Positions 49,037 through 58,230 of a stretch of 58,230 nt of DNA are shown one piece after another (the stretch's first letter is position 1; each line of letters opens with the position of its first letter). The stretch lies in assembly GCF_001194135.2 (NCBI RefSeq), contig NC_069005.1, positions 28,334,260 to 28,392,489 of the forward strand, read 5' to 3'. A program made the translations under genes and the position numbers. Source of the stretch: Octopus bimaculoides. Taxonomy: Eukaryota. Below the pieces are notes generated by a model. The model made no database searches and had not been told where the DNA came from. It worked only from the letters and a program-made list of their open reading frames with translations.

Positions 49037-49181
49037 ATTACTAAACGTTTCAACGACATGTTCTTACTGTGCTACTAATAGTTTCCCCATACATGTGTAT
49101 GTTCATCAGGTGCCTGATGAACATACACATGGGAAACTATTAGTAGCACGACGAATACATGAAGTTGAAACATTTAGTAAT
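49037..49181. repeat. Fold-back element centred on CATCAGG-TG-CCTGATG with a hammerhead-like signature
   Basis: Arms of about 70 nt are reverse complements. The minus strand reads CCTGATGAAC...GTTGAAACGTT. Confidence 0.6.
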
Positions 49182-49243
49182 AATGAACTCGCATTGGATG
49201 GAGTACTCTTCGTATTGACTTTTACGCAATTAATTTCTATTAT

Positions 49244-49292
<49 letters not shown>

Positions 49293-50132
49293 TAAAGACA
49301 CACACATACTAGGGAGTGCTGAAAAGTTCCTATCTTTGAGTAGAAGAAAATACTGGAGAATCAGTTATGATTTTATCCAACATATTCNNNNNNNNNNNNN
49401 NNNNNNNNNNNNNNNNNNNNNNNNNNNNNNNNNNNNNNNNNNNNNNNNNNNNNNNNNNNNNNNNNNNNNNNNNNNNNNNNNNNNNNNNNNNNNNNNNNNN
49501 NNNNNNNNNNNNNNNNNNNNNNNNNNNNNNNNNNNNNNNNNNNNNNNNNNNNNNNNNNNNNNNNNNNNNNNNNNNNNNNNNNNNNNNNNNNNNNNNNNNN
49601 NNNNNNNNNNNNNNNNNNNNNNNNNNNNNNNNNNNNNNNNNNNNNNNNNNNNNNNNNNNNNNNNNNNNNNNNNNNNNNNNNNNNNNNNNNNNNNNNNNNN
49701 NNNNAACTACAAAAGAAATGCCACACTGTAAAATATTGTTTCACACACAATATTGAGATTATATGGATTTTATCACATTTCTAGGTAATTTGACATCAGG
49801 AAGATATCACTAACTCACAACATCACTCTCTTTTGAAAACAGAAGATGCCTGATGGTAATCAACACTAATTGTGGTCACACGAGATATTGAATTAATCTC
49901 TTTGGATCCAGGACATTCCGTCACCATGTGACATCAAACAGGTTTCAGGAAATGACGTTTTATTAGGGAAGAATGGTTTCTTAATTAGCACTCTTCAATC
50001 AATGATATGGCAGTCTGTTAATAAACCAGTTTCTATTTAGTATGTGTGCGACATTTCTTTTGTGGTTCAGTTTATATATATTCACACTCACACAAATTTT
50101 ATCTACATACACACATATATATACACACATTT

Positions 50133-50167
<35 letters not shown>

Positions 50168-52386
50168 TACAACAAAATTTTATACAGAGTTACCCAAGGT
50201 TTGGCACCCAGAAAGCTGAAACCAAGTGGACAGCTCATCAGACTCTATATGAATACAAAATTTAAAATATCTACATCACAGATGTGAGGAAACGCTCAGT
50301 ACTCAAGGAATATGAAAAAACGTTAATGAGTACGGGTTATTTCCTCTTAATCAGAGTGGGGGAAAAACCGTTATAGACTCGGAGAGGCCCAACAATCAAA
50401 CAGGGAGATGCTTTTTCCTAGTAAGTAGTGCTTTAAGTGGATACATTTAGAAAACACTTCTTTACAGCTGTAGAAACTCAGAATCGAAAGAAAAGCACTC
50501 TATATAGTTTACTGGCTCAGTTAAAGGTAATTTAGGTTTCTGAATCTTATATCTGTAGACAATTATTTAATGCATATGTTTCCTATAGATCTCTCATCAG
50601 CTACTCAAGTTAACACCACAATCTTATATGGGGTTGATGTAAGATCAATATAGCATAATCATTGAATAACTGTCAAAAAATATGGATTTCAAAACCTTAA
50701 GTATCCATAACTAAGCTGACAGGATATATATCCTTTTCTACAAGGCCTGAAATTTTGGGGGAGGGGGCCAGTTGATTAGATCGACCCCAGTATGTAAATG
50801 GTACTTAATTTATCGACCCTGAAAGGATGAAAGGCAAAGTCAACCTCGGCGGAATGTGAACTCAGAATGTAAAGACAGACGTAATACTGCTAAGCATTTC
50901 GCCCGGCATGCTAACATTTCTTATTTCATTATTGCCCACAAGGGGCTAAACATAGAGAGGACAGACAAAGGGATTAAGTCGATTATGTCAACCTCAGTGT
51001 GTAACTGGTACTTAATTTTTAAATATAAACAAATGACTGAAAAATGATGAGCTAGCCTCAGGCTGAATCAAACTCACAAATCGATGCTTTCAAGGCTCCT
51101 TGCAAATCTGACTGGCCAAATGTTCACCCATCAATTTCAGTCAAATTTAGTTAATATATACTTAAACTATCTTGATACTACATAGATAATATTTTTATAA
51201 ACAAACCTGAAAGGTTTTGCAAGTTATTATATGGTTATTATACTATGAGCCTTCCATTGTAGCTTTCTCTCTGTAACTCACAAAGCATTTCGGGTCTGTT
51301 TAGAAAAATATTATTTATATATGCACACACACATATATATTTATATATCCATGAATATGGGTGCCTTACACTTGAGATAACATTTGCATAATGGTCTATA
51401 TTTTTATGATGATTCCTTAAGTGTATTAATCTGTTTATCTGGCAGACCAACCCATCTATAATCTACCAGTGCTTCTACCCCACCAGCCTGTCAGTCAGCT
51501 ACCACCCAGCCTGTCTGAATGGCCACCCAGGTATTTGTCTACTTCAGTGGCTTACACAATCTTCTGTATAATATTCTTTTCTTTTTTGTTTTCTTTCAAT
51601 GTCCAAGTCAAAACAGAATGGGCAAGGCCTTTAACCATTTTCCAGGGCTTCTACCACTTGTGAAAAGAAGGGAGCACGTTATCCTCAGACCAGGAACCAA
51701 GCTTAAATACTTGCAATGGAGAAGACTCTTCTAAAAACTCTCCAAAGACTGGATGTTGGTAGAGTTTAACTAATTCTCATTCATATTACCCTGTCAAATG
51801 TAATGTTTATTTATTCACATAATTTCAAACTATTTACTAATTATCTCAAAGCTTAAAGATTATGATGATGAGATTGTTTTTTTTTTATTGTTTAGGACAT
51901 TGTTGGATAGGTGTGAGAGGCCAGATCTGGATGATTTGTACATAAATCAACAGGTAGGACATTTCAGCTTCAAATGCTAAAGGTTTAACCTGATCATGGA
52001 AGCAGTCTGCTACCCAAACGTCTCAATAACAACTTTTGGGTTAGGTCTTCAAAACCTGCCATCACTAGTTTCAATTGGTGATTTGTGACCATGCTGGAGC
52101 ACCGGAAGAATAATAAAATGTAATGAATGAAAATGCATTGAGAAATTTAATTTGAAAAAAAAAAAAAAAAAATTTTATTTGTTTTAGTCACTTGACTGCG
52201 GCCATACTGGAGTATCACCTTAAAGGGTCAAAGAAACCAACCCCACAACTTATTCTTTGCAAGCCTAGTACTAATTCTATCAGTCCCTTTTGCCAAACTG
52301 CTAAGTTACGGGGATGTAAACACACCAACATCAGCTGTTAAGTGATGGCAGAGGGCAAACACAAACAGACAGATACACACAGACAG

Positions 52387-52421
<35 letters not shown>

Positions 52422-53688
52422 AATATATACATATGTGTGTGTGTGTGTGTGTACAGATGTAGCTGTGTGGTCAAAAAGCGTGCTTTGCAACACCGTGGCT
52501 CCGGGTTCAGTCTCACTGCACACCACTTTGGGTAAGCAATCTTCTACAATAGACCCAGACTGTGCAATGCCCTATGAGTGAATTTGGTAGGTGGAAACTG
52601 TGTGGAAGCCTGTCATAAAACATATGTGTGTATGCATATGTATGTGTGTGTGCCTTTACATTTATGCTTGCACCCTGCCATTGATTTAGTGGTTCACCAA
52701 AAGAGATCGATAGAATAAGTACCAGGACTGAGGTTGATTTGTTTGACTAAACTCAAGGCATTGCCCCAGCATGGCTGCAGTCCATTGACTAAAACAAATA
52801 AAAACAACATATATATATATATATATATANNNNNNNNNNGCACCTTGGGCAAGTGTCTTCTACTATAGCCTTGGGCCAACCAAAGCCTTGTGAGTGGATT
52901 TGGTAGATGGAAACTGAAAGAAGCCATGTCATGTGTATATATATATATATATATATGCATGTGGAGGTGCGTGGCTTAGTGGTTAAGGTGTCAGCATCAT
53001 GATCGTAAGATTGTGGTTTCGATTCCTGGACCAGGCGATGTATTGTGTTCTTGAGCAAAACACTTCATTTCATGTTGCTCCGGTCCACTTAGCTGGCAAA
53101 AACGAGTAACGCTGCGATGGACTGGCGCATTTATTATTTATTATATATGCATGTAATGTATGTATTTGTGTGCTGTGTTTGTTCTCCCCACCACCACCAC
53201 CATCGCATGTTAACTGGTGTTGGTGTGTTTATGTCCCTGTAACTTAGCAGTTTGGCAAAAGAAACCAATAGAATAAGTATTAGGCTTACAAAGAATGAGT
53301 TGTGGGGTCGATTTGTTTGACTGAAGGCGGTGCTCCAGCATGGCCACAGTCAAAATGACTGAAACGAATAAATGATTCATGTAGATATGTATGAAGAGAA
53401 GACATTTTTTTCTAAAGAATGCTTGGAAATAGCAATTACAGATCTTTTTTTTTGTTTTTATAAATGAATACAAAAACATGTGACAGTGAGCATGTGTACG
53501 TGCATGTATGCATGGAACTGTATCAACGACTACATTGCAGTTGGTGCAACAAAAATTTTGATAACCAAACAAGAAATGTTCATGTGAAGTTAAGCGTTGC
53601 TGCGTGTCCCTGAACAACTGTAAAGTATCTTCCATTCTGTTATTCTTTTAGCTTCAACATAGTCTCAGATCATATCAGCAAGTTCATC

Positions 53689-53746
<58 letters not shown>

Positions 53747-54770
53747 TTAAAAAATCATCATCGGTATATATACATATATATTTATATATATGTATATATA
53801 TAAGGTACAGTGTATATTTAAATACATAAGAGGAATCCACTCATAGGATTCCTTACGCTAGAAAGAACTGCTAGGTTCTAGAACCACAAACTTAGGGATA
53901 AAATTCCGAAAGGAACGAAATGAAAAATAAAAACTTTATCATCTCTTTCCTGGATCAATGTATATATATATATATATATAAAATCATCATCGTTATATAT
54001 ATGTGTGTATGTGTATATATGTATGTGTGTGTGTGTGTATATGTGTGTATGTATGTGTGGGTATATATGTGTGTATATATATGTGTATGTGTCTGTATAT
54101 GTGTGTGTGTGTGTGTGTGCATATATGTGTGTATGTATGTATGTATGTACACACTATCCAAAGTGTACGGTATTATATATCCATTATGGCCAATCTTACC
54201 AATTGGTTTCGTGCTAGGGATTCAACAGAGTGTTAGGTAACAATCTGATTATGTAACCCTGCGCTCATCAGAGGTAGCCGATATGGAATGAAATATGGCG
54301 ACTGTCCTTCTTTTTCTTGATAAGATTAAAATGATCAGCCGTAAAGGATATATAATACTGTACACTTCAGATAATATACCTATGCTGTTGACAGATATAC
54401 AAGTACATTTTTCCTGACTCTTAGTCTTATACACACATATATGATGTACTCACACACAACCTTGATAATTAGAGAAGGCAAAAGAGAGAGAGACAGACAG
54501 ACAGACAAACAGATAGAGATGTCTTTTCCTTTGTCTGTCTGCTTTTCCATGTATGTCTTGTGACAACTGATCTCTGTGTGTGTTCTAGGTAGCAGCTAAG
54601 CTATGTATTTATTGTGGGTAACTGAGCCGTGTGTTAGTTCTGATATGTCTTATGCCATGTGCATAGCTTTGTAATAATAGTAGTGTTAGTAGTAGTAGCA
54701 GTTGATATGTACTGTGTATGTATCCTGAGTAGCTGGTTGTGGTCGGCATCAACATTTCTTTTTCTGGTTG

Positions 54771-54864
54771 TTAGACAGATAACTGGTTATAGTAAGGGTT
54801 GTTAAAATGGCTTTCTTGTGTGTTCACATCTTCCATGTTCACCAAAAGATCATCTTGGTCAGAT
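54771..54864 (-). CDS. Last exon (cytoplasmic tail) of an unidentified single-pass membrane receptor
   Basis: gtatttcag|A TCT GAC CAA... gives SDQDDLLVNMEDVNTQESHFNNPYYNQLSV*. Its phase matches the TM exon. Not in the ORF track. Confidence 0.7.
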
Positions 54865-56358
54865 CTGAAATACAGCTTACTGAACAGGTTCCTTAAAAAA
54901 AACAAAAAAAAAAACGCAATCAGAGAAAAATGCAATAATTATCAAGTAATTATGTTATGACATGGGCATACACATCTGGTGCAAAATGGTATTACACAAA
55001 TAAATAGTTGGTTGTATTTCGTTTTTGGATTTGGTTTGCAAGATTCTAAGGTTGCAAGACGCAACGAAAATTTTAGGAAAATAAAAATAAGGAATAAGTG
55101 GAAATTTTACAGGTGAGTGTGTTAAATTATAAGGCACAAAAAGAAAATGACTCTCCTCAGACATAACAGAATAGTTGGTTGTAGTTATCTAAAAATAACC
55201 TATCACAGAAATAGATGTTAACACAGAACGCAACCCTTACTACTCGAACGTAGGTATGAGACTCGGTATTCACTGTTCAACTACCGACTGTCAAACCAAC
55301 AAATGTCAAACTTACACCGTCAACTACATCTGTTGACGGTTCACTCAGTTCTTATTTATTGTAATCGGTTAGTCCACCTTCAGTCACATAGGGGTGTTCA
55401 GGATTCTCCTATAGCAAATTAATAACTAACCTGAGTGTAGGTGGCTGTGGTTAAGTGGGGGGTGGGGTTGCTGTAGGTAGGTCGGTGGTTAAGAGGGTGG
55501 CTACAGTAAAAAAGTTCACTCAGCAACCACATGGTACCAGATTCAGTACCATCATCATCATAATTGCTGTTTTAACATCTACTTTTCCATGCTGGCATTG
55601 AGCAGATGGAAATTTCTTGAGGTGGATTTCCTGCAACCATGCTCAACATGTTTAGTTCACTAGATCTATAGTCTGTGAGATGGCGATGTTCTTTTCTTAT
55701 TTTGGAGATATTTCCTTGCTTTGTAGATACTATTACATAACTTCTACCTTTGTAGCAATAGTTTTAATATGATTTCGTTTCTATTTGATATTGGTGTTTG
55801 TGATAATAAGCAAATGTAGGCATAATGGACATATGTGTAAAAGCGTGGCTGTGTGGTAAGAAGCTTGCTTCTCAACCACATGGTTCCAGGTTCACTCCCA
55901 CTGCATGGCATCTTGGGTGAGTATCTTCATTCAGGTGACTAAGAATGAAATGTCCGATTTTCTTATGCACCAAGTTTGGCAGTCATTAACTCTAATGTTT
56001 TATCCTGACAATTCTTTGTTTTACAACATTGAAGAGTTACATCATCAATTTTTGAAATGCAATTTATGGTGTCTGATTATATCGTGAGTTTTCTCTTGTA
56101 AATCAATTTTTGTGAATATGACGGGCTTCTTTCAGTTTCCGTCTACCAAATCCACTCACAAAGCTTTGGTCGGCCTGAGGCTATAGTAGAAGACACTTGC
56201 CCAAGGTGCCACACAGTGGACTGAACCCAGAACCATGTGGTTGGTAAGCAAGCTACTTACCACACAGCCACTCCTGCGCCTAACTTACAACCTTGTAACT
56301 TTAAGAAAAAGTGAAAAAAATAAATAAATAAAATAGAAATAAGTAAATGATGACTCAC

Positions 56359-56473
56359 GTCAAGTTTTTCCTTTTGTATTTCATGTAAAGACACGCAACA
56401 ACAGCAATAAATACAAAGACTGCTAGTAGACTGAGTAATACTGCAACAGTCACTGTCGCATTTGAAGTATCCC
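56359..56473 (-). CDS. Transmembrane exon of the same receptor
   Basis: ttctag|GG GAT ACT... gives DTSNATVTVAVLLSLLAVFVFIAVVACLYMKYKRKNL AC|gtgagt, a hydrophobic helix plus basic stop-transfer segment. Confidence 0.75.
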
Positions 56474-57299
56474 CTAGAAAGAGACAAAGAGAGAAAAAAA
56501 AAAACTTTTTTGTGACAACAATTTATAATAAAGAAAGCTGCTTGTTAATTAGTTTGGAGTATGCAACTTTTACTAAAAGAAAGTAATTATTGAAGTCTAC
56601 ACTGTCCAGAAAATTTTTATAAATTCCAATTTTAATCTTTCATAAAAATTTAAATGTTGAAGTGAATCTAACGGATTTTGTATGTTATTTTAAATGGCTT
56701 ATAAACACCTTCCACGCTGCAATTGTTTTCGTTCCAGCACACGATCTCAGATCAGGTCACTTGCTATGCAAGTGCATCTCCGTAAAAATAAAAATTTAAA
56801 GTTTTATCATTATTATTATTGAAGATTTCACAATTTAATCAAACCACAAAACTAATTTTTATTGATCTAACCTTGTCATCTTACACTATGAGGTAATTTT
56901 TTAATGCTTCTGTTTATACTACTTTTGGAAATATAAAGGTTGCCTAAATATTTGCAATTCTATTGTCTTCAAACATATAAGTAAAACTATTTCTCCAAAT
57001 TATAAGTTTAATCCGGCATCAGCAAAATTATGTTGATTCCAGTATTGTTTCGTATTTGTTGTGTGTTGTTGAATATTATACTATTTATATGGCTAAGTCA
57101 AACACAATACCTGATTTCCTCGTAGATTCTAACACTGTCTTTGAGTGCTTGGTATTGTTCTAAATTTATTTACTGAACAAGTACTATTAGACAAATAAAG
57201 GAGTTAAAGGAATATCAAACATATAAGGAATATTACACAGATTGTGGGTCAGAGGTGTAAAAACCAGCCAGGGAGCAGACTTCCAGCAAGTCTCATAAA

Positions 57300-57960
57300 A
57301 GAACCTTTCCATTTGTTCGTCTATATTTCCCAATATTCCAGGAAGTGGTTGAGGAGGAAGAGTCCTTAGATGGTCCTATCAGAAGTAACCGCCGACAAAT
57401 GATCTGGCTGGATACTGGAGCAAAACCAATGAAAATTATGGACATTACCCAGTCATCTCACTCATTGCTCTGAAATGGTATGATCATGAATTCAAATGGA
57501 CAAAATAAGATCCATTCCCAAGGATAGATGTGGGAATTGAAAACACGATCTGGTGATTGGGAGTGCACCACCCTAACCACTAGGTCACATGCCTTCATGT
57601 GTCTGTTTTAAACTGATCTAAATTATTCAACCAGATCTAGTGTTGTCTTTCTCTACCATACATCATTTGAGCTGATGGTCGTTGTGAAGAGACCTGCTGG
57701 AATTGTCCATATTTCTACCTTTCCAACTAAACTACAAGCAAGCACCAATCTCTTAGTGAATGCCTTTACCAAAATCTTTATGTTTGACAGAGTTATGGTT
57801 TTGGAGTTACCCATTCTGTCCTCCTTGATCAGGCTCTTCCTTGGCTCATGTGACTCGGAGTGCTTCCAGTCTGCTGCCATTTGTAATAGTCGGTAACCAA
57901 AAGAGTAACAAATGAGCCAGGCGGGGGATTGAAGTTTGTGGCGCTGATGTCCCGATCTTG
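57300..57960 (-). mobile_element. Degenerate L1/Tx1-type LINE RT fragment split by an insertion
   Basis: DWKHS...KEDRMGNSKTITLSNIKILVKAFTKRL resembles NYRPITLLNxDYKILAKxLxxRL. It resumes near 57415 as IQPDHLSAVTSDRTI*GLFLLNHFLEY, resembling IHPDQTxxVPGRxIxDNLxLLRDIIEY. Confidence 0.6.
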
Positions 57961-58230
57961 GCATTTTTATGCATCACAAGGCCACCTGACATGTTTGTTG
58001 TCATTATGTCTGCTGAAATGAAATTTCTGGAGAGAGGGGATGGGGAGAGATATGGGGAGGTGGGGAGAGGGAGGCAGGTGGGGAGAGAGGGGCAGGTGGA
58101 GAGAGAGGGGGAGGGGGAGAGCGAAGAAAGGACAAGAAAAAGAAAGGAAAAAGAAAGAAAAAGAAAAGAAGGACGAAAAAGGAAATAGAGAAAAGAAAGA
58201 TAAAAAGGAAAGAAAGAAATGAAAAGAAGA

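Noticed and set aside
53560-53690. Additional receptor exon (MEDTLQLFRDTQQRL...)
   Set aside because: It lies downstream of the stop at 54771, has no recognisable motif and other frames contain stops.

Overview
Eukaryotic, repeat-rich, intron-containing DNA with many N-gaps. The SINE/RTE repeats and microsatellite load resemble an Octopus draft assembly (inference). Six spliced genes were reconstructed by hand from GT/AG sites with consistent exon phases. (1) Exon 1 of a probable ZNRF3/RNF43-type PA-domain E3 ligase (-, 6213-7225). (2) ARMC5 (+, 11080-21385, partly in a gap). (3) GATC (-, 23800-26209, 137 aa). (4) TRIAP1/Mdm35 (+, 28804-30721, 79 aa), head-to-head with GATC as in human. (5) A divergent KCTD10/KCTD13/TNFAIP1 (BACURD) BTB gene (-, 39021-44275). 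(6) The last two exons of an unidentified single-pass receptor with dileucine and NPxY tail motifs (-, 54771-56473). The rest is tRNA-derived SINEs, RTE, CR1, Tx1/L1 and R4/Dong LINE fragments, hAT, piggyBac, mariner and pogo-type MITEs, and microsatellites. The most notable non-coding signal is a family of fold-back, Penelope-like elements carrying a minimal type I hammerhead ribozyme motif, plus two further hammerhead-like variants. No CRISPR array, rRNA or true tRNA gene is supported.
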